Made by a program: the position numbers and the translations under genes. Of a stretch of DNA of 64,000 nt, positions 30,456 to 40,773 are shown in pieces (position 1 is the first letter of the stretch; each line of letters opens with the position of its first letter). This stretch comes from Bacteroidota bacterium (GTDB lineage Bacteria > Bacteroidota > Bacteroidia > AKYH767-A > OLB10). The notes under the pieces are model-generated. The model saw only the letters and a program-made list of their open reading frames with translations. It did not search any database and was not told where the DNA came from. Location of the stretch: NCBI GenBank assembly GCA_016717325.1, contig JADKFV010000017.1, positions 1,533 through 65,532 on the forward strand, read 5' to 3'.

Positions 30456-31320
30456 ACAACTCCGTCAACCTACCATAAGTCTCTGGTCTTCTATCTCTAA
30501 AGAATTGCCATACCGAACGTACTTCATCTATCATATCTAAATCAAAATCCGCAACTAAAAGTTCATCATTGTCTTCGGATGCTTGTGCAAAAATTTGTCC
30601 GCGAGGATCAACGAAATAACTGCTACCATAAAACTTGCCTACGCTCCATGGCTTTTCAATTCCTACACGATTAATGCATCCCATAAAATATCCATTGGCT
30701 GCAGCATGTGCAGGTTGTTCCAACTTCCATAAATATTGCGAAAGGCCTGCAACCGTAGCCGATGGATTGTAAACAATTTCGGCACCATTCAAACCAAATG
30801 CACGTGCACCTTCGGGAAAATGACGATCGTAACAAATGTAAACGCCCACTTTTGCATAGCGCGTTTGAAAAACCGGATAACCTAAATTACCGGGCTTGAA
30901 GAAAAATTTTTCCCAAAAACCTGAAGTGTGCGGAATATGATTTTTGCGATACTTACCAAGGTAAGTTCCATCAGCATCAATCACTGCGGCAGTGTTATAC
31001 AATACTCCGGCTTGCTCCTTTTCGTAAATAGGAACAATGATTACCATGCTATATTTTTTCGCATAGGTCTGCATCAGTTCAGTTGTAGGGCCGGGAACAG
31101 TTTCGGCACTTGCATACCATTTTGCATCTTGCCCTGGGCAAAAATATGGCGTGTTAAAAATTTCCTGCAGACACAAAATCTGCACGCCTTTTTTCCCTGC
31201 TTCTTCAATCAAGGGAATATGCTTTGCAACCATTGCATCTACAATTTCCTTAATGGTGCCTTCGCCCTCTGTTTTGGGCAACGACATTTGGATTAATCCT
31301 GATTTTATTATTCGTGACAT
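30454..31320 (-). CDS. Beta-ureidopropionase / N-carbamoyl-beta-alanine amidohydrolase (nitrilase superfamily)
   Basis: 288 aa. Carbon-nitrogen hydrolase fold with catalytic Glu-Lys-Cys context (VGVYICYDRHFPE). Sits between dihydropyrimidinase and preT. Confidence 0.8.
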   Translation of the reverse strand: MSRIIKSGLIQMSLPKTEGEGTIKEIVDAMVAKHIPLIEEAGKKGVQILCLQEIFNTPYFCPGQDAKWYASAETVPGPTTELMQTYAKKYSMVIIVPIYEKEQAGVLYNTAAVIDADGTYLGKYRKNHIPHTSGFWEKFFFKPGNLGYPVFQTRYAKVGVYICYDRHFPEGARAFGLNGAEIVYNPSATVAGLSQYLWKLEQPAHAAANGYFMGCINRVGIEKPWSVGKFYGSSYFVDPRGQIFAQASEDNDELLVADFDLDMIDEVRSVWQFFRDRRPETYGRLTEL

Positions 31321-31341
31321 AGTTATTATGTTGTTAAGTTA

Positions 31342-31732
31342 TTATGTTGTTTGGTTCTTTTGAATAATCAAATCCTTTTCGATTTTTGCTTTTTTAAGAT
31401 ATGCGATATAGCCATTCAATATTTTTAAACATGTCGCAAATATTTCTTTTTGTTCATTAAATACTTTTTCGCAGATATATTTTTCGTCCATAGCACAAAT
31501 CAAATGTTCCATATAAAGAGCCTCTTGCCATTCGGCAAAAACGAATATTATCTTGATGATTAAATCTTCCAAATCCTTCCGCGATATTTGCTGATATAGA
31601 TCTCGAAGAACGAATGATCTGATCTGTTAATCTATATTTTTCTTCTGCCGGAAACGACTTTGCAATTATTGAGAATGAAATTCTTAACTCTCGAGCACTT
31701 TGCCATACAGCCAACTCCTCAAAACTATTCAT
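31342..31732 (-). pseudogene. Four-helix-bundle protein (IVS protein family) split by a frameshift
   Basis: N-terminal 31457..31732 reads MNSFEELAVWQSARELRISF..ISANIAEGFGRF. The family C-terminus (EHLICAMDEKYICEKVFNEQKEIFATCLKILNGYIAYLKKAK) is in the overlapping ORF 31342..31572, in another frame. Flanked by TTATTATGTTG and CCCAATAAC arms. Confidence 0.65.
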
Positions 31733-31801
31733 TTTTTTTATTTTTATAATTCAGCACAATACAGAACAAACAAAAGCTCAACAGCCCAATAACCCAATAA
31801 C

Positions 31802-33184
31802 TTAAATTATTCCACTTACCTTTTTCCTTTTCACGAACACTCCGTATCCTTTTTTAATTTTCACATCGCCATTATCTATTGCAAGTTGTCCGCGCAAAAT
31901 TGTTTTCTCTACTTTGCCTTTCAACTTCCATCCTTCGTATGCAGAATAGTCGACATTCATGTGATGTGTTTTTGCAGAAATGGTATGTTCTTTATTGGGA
32001 TCGAAAATAATAATATCGGCATCGCTGCCAACTGCTATACATCCTTTCTTTGGAAACATACCAAATATTTTTGCTGCATTTGTTGATGTAACCTCTACAT
32101 ATTTATTGAGCGATATTCTACCTGTGTTTACTCCTTCATTAAAAAGTAATTCCATACGATTTTCTATTGCAGGATGTCCGTTTGGAATTTTCGAAAAATC
32201 TTTTTCTCCCAATAATTTTTTCTCCCATGTAAATGGGCAATGGTCAGTAGCTACCACTTGTACTGTTCCTTGATTGATACCTGCCCATAAAGTTTCCTGA
32301 TCTTTTTTCTGCCGAAGTGGAGGACTCATCACCCACTTGGCACCATCAAAATCTTTTTCGTACAACGATGCATCGAGAATTAAATATTGAATACATGTTT
32401 CAGCAAAAACTTTTTGATTTCTTTTTTCCACATCGCGAATATGATTGAGTGCACCCTCACAAGTCATGTGCACTACATATGCAGGGACACCCGTATAATT
32501 TGCCATGTCGGCAAAACGTCCTGTAGCTTCGGCCTCGGTAATTTCGGGTTGCGATAAATAATGATACAATGGTGATAGCTTTCCTTCGGAACGATGTTTT
32601 GCAATTAAAAAATCGATCATATCGCCATTGGTTGCATGAACGGTAACAATACCACCTTGCAATTTTACTTCATTCATAAGACCAACCATCTGCCTGTCAT
32701 CTATCATTAATGCACCTTTGTAAGCCATAAAAGTTTTGAAAGATACGATGCCCTCTTCCTCCACCATCTCTTTGATTTCTTTTTTAGTATCGTCATTAAA
32801 ATCCGTAACAGCCATATGAAAAGAATAATCGCCATAGCAATTTCCATTGCTGCGGCCTTGCCATTCGCGCAAAGCATTGTGTAACGATTTACCTTGCGTT
32901 TGCAAAATAAAATCAATCACCATGGTTGTGCCGCCATGCAATGCAGCAAGTGTTCCTGTTTCATAATTATCGCTCGAGAATGTTCCCATAAAAGGCATAT
33001 CGAGATGAACGTGTGGATCTATTCCTCCGGGAAAAACAAATTTTCCAGCAGCATCAATTATTGTATCGGCATCGTTCGAAATATTTTTTCCGATTGCAGA
33101 AATTGTTTCGCCCTCCACAAAAATATCAGCAACGTAATCATCCGATGCTGTTATCACTCTTCCGTTTTTAATTAATATTGACAT
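31802..33184 (-). CDS. Dihydropyrimidinase (D-hydantoinase family cyclic amidohydrolase)
   Basis: 460 aa. MSILIKNGRVIT..GGIDPHVHLDMPF metal-binding HxH motif and the overall hydantoinase fold. Confidence 0.85.
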   Translation of the reverse strand: MSILIKNGRVITASDDYVADIFVEGETISAIGKNISNDADTIIDAAGKFVFPGGIDPHVHLDMPFMGTFSSDNYETGTLAALHGGTTMVIDFILQTQGKSLHNALREWQGRSNGNCYGDYSFHMAVTDFNDDTKKEIKEMVEEEGIVSFKTFMAYKGALMIDDRQMVGLMNEVKLQGGIVTVHATNGDMIDFLIAKHRSEGKLSPLYHYLSQPEITEAEATGRFADMANYTGVPAYVVHMTCEGALNHIRDVEKRNQKVFAETCIQYLILDASLYEKDFDGAKWVMSPPLRQKKDQETLWAGINQGTVQVVATDHCPFTWEKKLLGEKDFSKIPNGHPAIENRMELLFNEGVNTGRISLNKYVEVTSTNAAKIFGMFPKKGCIAVGSDADIIIFDPNKEHTISAKTHHMNVDYSAYEGWKLKGKVEKTILRGQLAIDNGDVKIKKGYGVFVKRKKVSGII

Positions 33185-33260
33185 CTGTTATTTGTTATTT
33201 AGTTATTGGTTAATGTGTTATTTGGTTAATGTGTTATTGGTTATTCTGTTATTTGGTTAT
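33185..33260. repeat. Low-complexity (GTTATTTGGTTAATGT)n arm. Partner arm 33395-33440 and a similar tract 33872-33925.
   Basis: Seen directly. The loop between the arms (33260-33395) carries no ORF. Confidence 0.55.
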
Positions 33261-33439
33261 TGTGTTACTAAGTTGCTGCCATTTTCTTCGAGTGTTATTC
33301 CATATGGATGATATTTAGAAATTCAATTTTTTTGAAGTGTTATTAAATTTTAGTAGCATTGATCATCTTTTTCTGCAAAGGAATTACTCTTTTTAAATCC
33401 CGACAACCCAACAACCTAACAAATAAAACAACTCAACAA

Positions 33440-33871
33440 CTACACCCCAATATCCTCATTCCACAACTCTGGCTTTTCGGCAATAAAATTACGCATCATT
33501 TGCTTGCATTCTTCACTGTTATAATTTATAACTTCCACACCATGCGAAAGCATAAATTCCTTTGCGCCTTCAAATGTTTCATCCTCCCCGGCATATACTT
33601 TTTTAATTCCAAATTGAACAACGGCACCGGCACATAAATAGCAGGGCATAAGTGTAGAATATAAAACAGCGCCCTTGTAATTTCCCACCCGGCCGGCATT
33701 GCGCAAGCAATCTATTTCGGCATGTGTTACAGGGTCGCCATCTTGCACACGTTTGTTATGACCTCGTCCTATTATTATTCCATCACGCACCAATACCGAA
33801 CCTATAGGTATACCTCCCTCACTTATTCCTTGTCTTGCTTCGGCTATTGCCGCATTCATAAACTCATCCAT
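33440..33871 (-). CDS. Yeast-type (Fcy1-like) cytosine deaminase, CDA-fold nucleoside deaminase
   Basis: 143 aa. GGIPIGSVL, RGHN, HAEIDCL, LYSTLMPCYLCAGAV and the C-terminal PELWNEDIGV closely parallel the S. cerevisiae Fcy1 layout (..PQDWFEDIGE). Confidence 0.7.
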   Translation of the reverse strand: MDEFMNAAIAEARQGISEGGIPIGSVLVRDGIIIGRGHNKRVQDGDPVTHAEIDCLRNAGRVGNYKGAVLYSTLMPCYLCAGAVVQFGIKKVYAGEDETFEGAKEFMLSHGVEVINYNSEECKQMMRNFIAEKPELWNEDIGV

Positions 33872-34184
33872 GTTGTGTGGTTAGTGGTTACTTGTTATTT
33901 TGTTATCGGCTACTTGTTATTCGTTACTATGTATAATGATAGTTTTATTTTTAGGAATAAATGCATTCTGTTTCTATTTGTGAATTTCGATTTAATTCAA
34001 TCAGGAAAATATCATTACAAAAATATTTAGATCGCAATAAGTTCCTTATCATTATTCTTAAAATAAAATTAATAAAAAACGGAACTACAACAATTAAAAT
34101 ATTGATTCAAAGGTATGTAATAAAAGTAATGCAAAACATAATTGTAAAAGAAAAAAAACTATTTTTGTTCAAAATTATAAAACT

Positions 34185-36014
34185 ATGAAAAACATCTTTA
34201 CATTTCTGTTCATACTTTTTACTATAAATGTTGCAGGACAAAACTTAGTAGTAAATCCAAGTTTTGAATTGTATAATCCATGCCCTACAGGTACAAGTCA
34301 AATTAATAATGCTACCGGGTGGACAGCCACAAATTATTCTCCCGAGTTTTATCATGCATGCGCTACACAGGCATCGCAAGTAAGTATACCAACTAATGTA
34401 TGTGGATATCAATATCCTGCAACCGGCAATGGATGCATGGCCGCATTATGTTATGGTTCATTTGCCAGTAATTTGATTGCAAACTTGCGCGAGTATTCTA
34501 CCGGAACATTAACACAACCTTTGGTGGTTGGCAATAATTACCACGTTAGTTTAAAAGTGGTGCTTATGAATGCCGCTTCTCATTCGTGCGATCATATAGG
34601 TGCTCTGTTTACCGTGGGCTATAAAGCAACACAGTCTATTACCAACTTTGCTCATGTTTATGGAACCACTCAAATAAGTGATACACTAAACTGGACCGAA
34701 ATATCGGGAACCTTTGTTGCCGACTCTGCGTATACACATATAGTTATAGGAAATTTATTTGATGATAACAACACCAACGTAACTTCACTACAACCGGTAA
34801 CATTTGGGTGGAATGGTTATTATTTTATTGATGATATTGAAGTACGTCTTGCAAGCGCACAATTTGCAAATACATGCTATGGCGATTCGACCGTGTTTAC
34901 AAATATTGTGGGGCCTAATGTTATTGCCACCTCATGGAATTTTGGTGACCCCAACTCAGGATTAAACAATGATGTGTATACCACAAATGCTACTCATCTT
35001 TTTACCGATACCGGCACATATTTAGTAACTACTGTCAACTATAACAATTTAGGTTTTTCCGATACGCTTTATACTACAGTTACTATTTCAAACCCTCCTG
35101 TTTTTAATTTAGGAAACGATACAACATTGTGTAATGGAACTATTTTGAATTTAGGTATTGCAGCTACCAATGCAACAGTACTATGGAGTACAGGCGATAC
35201 TATAGCAAATATTGCTGTATCGACTGCCGGCACTTATTGGTTAAATGCAAGCGACAATGGTTGCAACAACAGCGATACTATAGTTGTAAACTATACAACA
35301 TGTGCGGTGCCGCAAGTAATTATTTCGTCAAGCGATACTGTTTTTTGCGAAAAGCAAGCCATCGATTTTTTCGATTTAAGTGCAAATAATCCTACATCAT
35401 GGCAATGGTATTTTACAGGTGCCCAACCGGCTACTTCTACTGTTCAAAACCCGGCAGGAATATATTACCCAAGTTATGGTTCTTTTGATGTCAAGCTTGT
35501 TGCCTGTAATGCTGCAGGTTGCGATTCGATTACATACTCACAATTTGTTACGGAATTACAAAACCCTCCAGCACCTGTTGTAACCGTAACCGGAAGTTTA
35601 TTGTGTTCGAGTCCAGCAGCAAATTATGCATGGTACGAAACATCAAATCTTACACAAGTGTTAGCCACTACACAATGTTATCAACCCTTGGTTACAGGTT
35701 CGTACTTTGTAATTGTATTCGATAGCAGTGGATGCAATACGCCATCGCAATCGGTGGTGGTGACAGGAGTGAATGAGTATTTATCAAACGATTGTGTTCT
35801 TTATAGTGCTAACCAAACCATTCAGTTCAACAATGATTGTTTAAAGGATTGGGATTCGCAACTTCGTATTTTCGATTCGCAAGGCCGGATAGTTTTTTCA
35901 ACAGAAATAAATCGAAATGAAATAAGATTGCCACATCTTTCAAAAGGAATTTACTATTATGATATTACATCGAGCAAAAAAGTTATGCATGGTAAATTAA
36001 TGATTCAGCAATAA
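34185..36014 (+). CDS. T9SS C-terminal-sorting-domain secreted protein with PKD-like domains
   Basis: 609 aa. Signal peptide, PKD-like segment (NFGDPNSG..TGTYLVT) and a type-A CTD-like end (..GIYYYDITSSKKVMHGKLMIQQ). Confidence 0.65.
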   Translation: MKNIFTFLFILFTINVAGQNLVVNPSFELYNPCPTGTSQINNATGWTATNYSPEFYHACATQASQVSIPTNVCGYQYPATGNGCMAALCYGSFASNLIANLREYSTGTLTQPLVVGNNYHVSLKVVLMNAASHSCDHIGALFTVGYKATQSITNFAHVYGTTQISDTLNWTEISGTFVADSAYTHIVIGNLFDDNNTNVTSLQPVTFGWNGYYFIDDIEVRLASAQFANTCYGDSTVFTNIVGPNVIATSWNFGDPNSGLNNDVYTTNATHLFTDTGTYLVTTVNYNNLGFSDTLYTTVTISNPPVFNLGNDTTLCNGTILNLGIAATNATVLWSTGDTIANIAVSTAGTYWLNASDNGCNNSDTIVVNYTTCAVPQVIISSSDTVFCEKQAIDFFDLSANNPTSWQWYFTGAQPATSTVQNPAGIYYPSYGSFDVKLVACNAAGCDSITYSQFVTELQNPPAPVVTVTGSLLCSSPAANYAWYETSNLTQVLATTQCYQPLVTGSYFVIVFDSSGCNTPSQSVVVTGVNEYLSNDCVLYSANQTIQFNNDCLKDWDSQLRIFDSQGRIVFSTEINRNEIRLPHLSKGIYYYDITSSKKVMHGKLMIQQ

Positions 36015-36041
36015 ATATTTGTGTGAGCTTTTATTTTGAAA

Positions 36042-36674
36042 TCAGACTTCAAATATTTCTACAATCAATTCCTCCACTGATTTATTATGAGGCAGATGGT
36101 ATGAATTTATTCCTGCTAAACGTGCGCCTTCAACATGATGCAATGAGTCATCAATGAAAATAGTTTCACCGGCTACAAGATTATTTTGCTGTAAAACAAA
36201 ATCGAATATTTCTTTATCAGGTTTGCGCATTCCTATGCGACATGAGTAATAAATTTTTTGAAAAAGTTTCGTCAACAAATCTTTTTCGTAAGCCTGTTCA
36301 ATGTAATTTTCGAATGAGGCAATATGAATTTCGTTTGTATTACTTAACAAAAAAATATTGAACTCGTTTTTTAATTCGAGAAGCATATCCACATGATTTT
36401 GTGGTAGCGGCCCCAGCATTGCATTCCATGCATCTTCAATCATTTTAGCAGGTATGTAGCTGCCAATAAAACCACGTATACCATTTCGAAAATCATCGGG
36501 AGTAATCTGGCCTTTATCAAACTGATTAAATAATTCAACTTGTTTTTTTTGTGAGTAAACATCATCAACATCGGCAAAACCTATCCGCTTAAAAGCCTCG
36601 GCTGTGGCTTGCATATTGAGTTGAAGCAATACGCCACCAAGGTCGAAAATAATATTTTTTATTCCCTTATGCAT
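36042..36674 (-). CDS. HAD-superfamily hydrolase (subfamily IA)
   Basis: Start at MHKGIKNIIFDLGGVLL (DxG motif I). The ORF-track N-terminal 63 aa are Cys/Phe-rich and were not accepted. Confidence 0.7.
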   Translation of the reverse strand: MHKGIKNIIFDLGGVLLQLNMQATAEAFKRIGFADVDDVYSQKKQVELFNQFDKGQITPDDFRNGIRGFIGSYIPAKMIEDAWNAMLGPLPQNHVDMLLELKNEFNIFLLSNTNEIHIASFENYIEQAYEKDLLTKLFQKIYYSCRIGMRKPDKEIFDFVLQQNNLVAGETIFIDDSLHHVEGARLAGINSYHLPHNKSVEELIVEIFEV

Positions 36675-36768
36675 GCGGTAAATAAAAGCAACGCCATTTG
36701 TTTGTGCAAATATTTCAGCTAAAAAAGTATAAATTCGCCACTTCGTTTTTTTTAGTTTCAAAGATATA

Positions 36769-39537
36769 ATGGAATACAATTTTAAAGAAATAGAACAAAA
36801 GTGGCAGCAATACTGGAAGCAAAATGCAACCAACAAAACCTCTGACGATACAAGTAAGCCCAAATATTATGTGCTCGATATGTTTCCATATCCATCGGGC
36901 GCAGGTTTGCATGTTGGGCATCCGTTGGGCTATATAGCCAGCGATATTTTTGCCCGCCATAAAAAGCTGCAAGGGTATAATGTATTGCACCCCATGGGCT
37001 ACGATTCGTTTGGATTACCTGCTGAGCAATATGCTATTCAAACAGGTCAACACCCTGCCATTACTACTGAAGAAAATATTGCCCGCTATCGTGAACAACT
37101 CGACCGTTTAGGATTTAATTACGACTGGGATTGCGAAGTACGCACCAGCGACCCAGCTTATTATAAGTGGACACAATGGATTTTTATTCAACTGTTTCAT
37201 TCGTGGTATAATTGCAAAGAAGATAAAGCTGAAAACATAGAAACGTTGGTTGAAGAATTTACCAAAAATGGCAACAAATATGTGAGTGCTTCCACTGTGT
37301 ATGAAAACATTTTTTCGGCCGATGAATGGAATGCACTGGATGAACCACAGCAACAAAAAATATTGATGGATTACCGGCTGGCATACCTGAGCGAAACTTT
37401 TGTAAACTGGTGCCCGCAGTTAGGAACAGTGTTGGCCAACGATGAAATAAAAGACGGTTTGAGCGAACGCGGTGGCTATCCGGTTGAGCGTAAATTAATG
37501 ATGCAATGGAGCATGCGAATAACTGCATATGCGCAACATTTGCTCGATGGGCTTGACACCATCGATTGGCCCGATAGCATTAAAGAAGCGCAACGAAATT
37601 GGATTGGCCGTAGCGAAGGGTGTTCGTTGATTTTCAAATTACAAAATCAAATTGATAAAAATATTGAAGTTTTTACCACACGTATCGATACTGTTTTTGG
37701 TGCAAGTTTTATTACACTGGCTCCTGAACACGAACTTGTAAATTTGATTACGACAGAAGAAAATAAAAGTGCTGTTAATGAGTATGTGGCTTTTGCAAAA
37801 AACAGATCGGAGCGTGAGCGCCAGGCGGAAGTAAAAAATATAACCGGTGTATTTACAGGCGCATACGCCATTCATCCGTTCACATCGAATTTAATTCCCG
37901 TTTGGATTGGCGATTATGTTCTTGCCGGATATGGAACAGGTGCAGTGATGGCAGTGCCCGCTCACGATTCGCGCGATTATGCTTTTGCAAAACATTTTAA
38001 TCTGCCAATACTTGAAGTGGTTTCCGGTGGCGATATAACAAATGAGGCCTTTGAGGCAAAAGAAGGCACGTGTATCAACAGCGATTTTTTGAATGGCCTT
38101 CAAGTAAAAGACGCAATAAAAAAAGGATTGGATGAAGTTGAAAAACGTGGCATAGGTTTGCGAAAAATAAATTACCGTTTGCGCGATGCAATATTTGGCC
38201 GCCAGCGTTATTGGGGCGAACCAATACCGGTATATTATAAAAATGGTACTGCGTATACAGTAAGCGTTAACAAACTGCCATTGGTACTGCCTGAGGTAGA
38301 TAAATATTTACCTACCGAATCGGGTGAGCCCCCGCTGGCCCGTGCAAAAAACTGGAACCATACTCCTGAAGGCGACAACAATGCATACCCACTCGAAACC
38401 ACCACTATGCCGGGTTGGGCAGGTAGCAGCTGGTATTTCTTGCGGTATATGGATGCAAAAAATGATGAGCAATTTGTATCGAAAGAAAAAGCTGATTACT
38501 GGAAGAACGTAGATTTATATATGGGAGGTGCGGAACATGCCACGGGTCATTTACTATATGTGCGCTTTTGGACAAAGTTTTTAAACGACCGTGGATATAT
38601 CGCATTCTCAGAGCCGGCAAAAAAACTCATAAATCAGGGAATGATTCAGGGAACATCGGCATTGGTTTATAGAGTAAATGGTACCAATAAATTTGTATCA
38701 TTTAATTTACGAAACAATTACGAAACTTCAGCTTTACATGTTGATGTAAATATTGTAGATAATTCCGTGCTCGATACAGAAAAATTTAAAGCCTGGCGCG
38801 AGGATTTTGCCAATGCCGAATTCATACTCGAAGATGGCAAATACTTTTGCGGACATGAAGTAGAAAAAATGAGTAAGCGCTGGTATAATGTTGTAAACCC
38901 TGATGATATGTGCAATAAATTTGGCACCGATTGTTTACGCATGTACGAAATGTTTTTGGGGCCGGTAGAACAAAGCAAACCATGGAATACAAATGGCATT
39001 ACCGGAGTATCGAATTTTTTGCGCAAGATGTGGCGCTTGTATACTGCCACTCCATTGAGCGATGAAAACCCATCTTTGCAAGAATTAAAAATTCTGCATC
39101 GTACTATTAAAAAGGTAACAGAAGATATTGAACGATTTTCGTTTAATACAAGTGTGAGTACATTTATGATTGCTACCAATGAATTGCTTGAACTAAAGTG
39201 TAACAAAAAGCAAATACTGGAACCCTTATCTATTATTTTATCACCATATGCACCTCACATTGCCGAAGAGTTCTGGAGCATATTGGGGAACAAACCAAGT
39301 ATTACAAATGTAACATGGCCTGTATACGATGAGCAATATTTAAAAGAAAGCGATTTTGATTATCCTGTATCGGTAAATGGCAAAGTGAAGTTTAAAATTA
39401 ATATTGCACTATCGCTCACCGCAGCAGAAATAGAACAACACTTAATAACCACTGAAAAATTTGCAGAGTTGACACAAGGGAACAAACCAAAAAAAATAAT
39501 TGTGGTACATGGCCGCATCATTAATTTAGTTTTGTAA
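36769..39537 (+). CDS. leuS: Leucine--tRNA ligase
   Basis: 922 aa. HVGHPLGY (HIGH) motif, class I LeuS editing-domain layout, and KMSKR-like motif (KMSKRWYNVV). Confidence 0.95.
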   Translation: MEYNFKEIEQKWQQYWKQNATNKTSDDTSKPKYYVLDMFPYPSGAGLHVGHPLGYIASDIFARHKKLQGYNVLHPMGYDSFGLPAEQYAIQTGQHPAITTEENIARYREQLDRLGFNYDWDCEVRTSDPAYYKWTQWIFIQLFHSWYNCKEDKAENIETLVEEFTKNGNKYVSASTVYENIFSADEWNALDEPQQQKILMDYRLAYLSETFVNWCPQLGTVLANDEIKDGLSERGGYPVERKLMMQWSMRITAYAQHLLDGLDTIDWPDSIKEAQRNWIGRSEGCSLIFKLQNQIDKNIEVFTTRIDTVFGASFITLAPEHELVNLITTEENKSAVNEYVAFAKNRSERERQAEVKNITGVFTGAYAIHPFTSNLIPVWIGDYVLAGYGTGAVMAVPAHDSRDYAFAKHFNLPILEVVSGGDITNEAFEAKEGTCINSDFLNGLQVKDAIKKGLDEVEKRGIGLRKINYRLRDAIFGRQRYWGEPIPVYYKNGTAYTVSVNKLPLVLPEVDKYLPTESGEPPLARAKNWNHTPEGDNNAYPLETTTMPGWAGSSWYFLRYMDAKNDEQFVSKEKADYWKNVDLYMGGAEHATGHLLYVRFWTKFLNDRGYIAFSEPAKKLINQGMIQGTSALVYRVNGTNKFVSFNLRNNYETSALHVDVNIVDNSVLDTEKFKAWREDFANAEFILEDGKYFCGHEVEKMSKRWYNVVNPDDMCNKFGTDCLRMYEMFLGPVEQSKPWNTNGITGVSNFLRKMWRLYTATPLSDENPSLQELKILHRTIKKVTEDIERFSFNTSVSTFMIATNELLELKCNKKQILEPLSIILSPYAPHIAEEFWSILGNKPSITNVTWPVYDEQYLKESDFDYPVSVNGKVKFKINIALSLTAAEIEQHLITTEKFAELTQGNKPKKIIVVHGRIINLVL

Positions 39538-39539
39538 AA

Positions 39540-40376
39540 ATGCCAACACAAAAAACAAATCAATCATTAAAGACTGAGCAACCTATCGGAATTTTCGATT
39601 CCGGAATAGGCGGACTAACTGTAGCACATGCCATTCATCAATTGATGCCTGCCGAAACACTCGTATACTTTGGTGACACAGCCCATTTGCCTTATGGCGA
39701 AAAATCGACAGCAGCTATAAAAAGTTATTCGCTACACATTGCCGATTTCTTACTCAAGCATAAATGCAAAATAATAGTAATAGCATGTAACACCGCATCG
39801 GCCATAGCCTGGAAGGTAGTACACGATCATGTTGGCAGTAAAATTGATGTTATAAATGTTATAGACCCGGTTGTGAATGCTGTCGTAAAAAGCAAAGCAA
39901 AGCATGTAGGGGTTATTGGTACAAATAATACTGTTAAGACAAACGTTTATGCCGATAAAATTCTTGAGGCAAATAATATGTTACAAGTATCATCACTGGC
40001 AACACCATTGCTGGCACCTATGATTGAAGAAGGGTTTTTCAATAATAAGATCAGCAAAACCATTATCAATGATTATCTATCGCGCCCAAAATTGAAAAAC
40101 ATTGATTCTTTGATTTTAGCCTGTACGCATTATCCACTTATTAAGTCAGAGATTGAATCTTATTACAAAGGCAAGGCAACAATTATAGACTCTGCCGAAA
40201 TAGTGGCACAACATGTAAAACAGGTATTACAAAACAAAAAGCTCTTAAACAAAGGTGAGGCACGTAAACACCACTTTTTTGTTTCAGACTATACGCAATC
40301 ATTTGAAAAGAGTACCCGCTTTTTTTTCAAAGGAAAAATCAAACTCGAATTACAAAACATTTGGAAAGCATTTTAA
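39540..40376 (+). CDS. murI: Glutamate racemase
   Basis: 278 aa. IGIFDSGIGGLTV and IVIACNTAS catalytic Cys motif. Confidence 0.9.
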   Translation: MPTQKTNQSLKTEQPIGIFDSGIGGLTVAHAIHQLMPAETLVYFGDTAHLPYGEKSTAAIKSYSLHIADFLLKHKCKIIVIACNTASAIAWKVVHDHVGSKIDVINVIDPVVNAVVKSKAKHVGVIGTNNTVKTNVYADKILEANNMLQVSSLATPLLAPMIEEGFFNNKISKTIINDYLSRPKLKNIDSLILACTHYPLIKSEIESYYKGKATIIDSAEIVAQHVKQVLQNKKLLNKGEARKHHFFVSDYTQSFEKSTRFFFKGKIKLELQNIWKAF

Positions 40377-40773
40377 CCTTTTAAGCGCTCTCTTTTTGTT
40401 GTCCTTTATATACTATTTGCAATTTCTGGTAACGCGAAATTCTAACGAAAAAAGATCGCTAAATGTAGGGTGTGCCAATTTTTTTTTGCGATAAAATAAT
40501 ACAATAAAATGCTTAGGTGAAATTTGCAATTCCATAGGCAGAGTAGACTATATCGAAGGTGAAATAGAATATGACAAATGTCATAATGATTTTTTTTCGT
40601 TGATAATCAATTAGTTACAAACCATTTGGGTAAAACTATTGTACAGGAAAATGCAAAATCTACTTTTGGCAAACTTTTCCCCTCCACACGTCAATTTAGG
40701 TATTAAGTAGGTGAGCTTTTATTTTTCATGGGTGCTATCGGTATGTAATTTAATTAAAACAAAAATAAAGAAG

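Noticed and set aside
33359-33637. ORF 33359..33637 (+), 92 aa
   Set aside because: It spans a low-complexity arm and overlaps the cytosine deaminase gene on the opposite strand. Composition is typical of a shadow ORF.
36675-36863. N-terminal 63-aa extension of the HAD hydrolase ORF (MGLLVSSEVLLVAFCFQYCCHFCSIS..)
   Set aside because: It is Cys/Phe-rich and non-protein-like, and it precedes a canonical HAD start (MHKGIKNIIFDLGG). It is most likely upstream noncoding sequence that happens to stay in frame.
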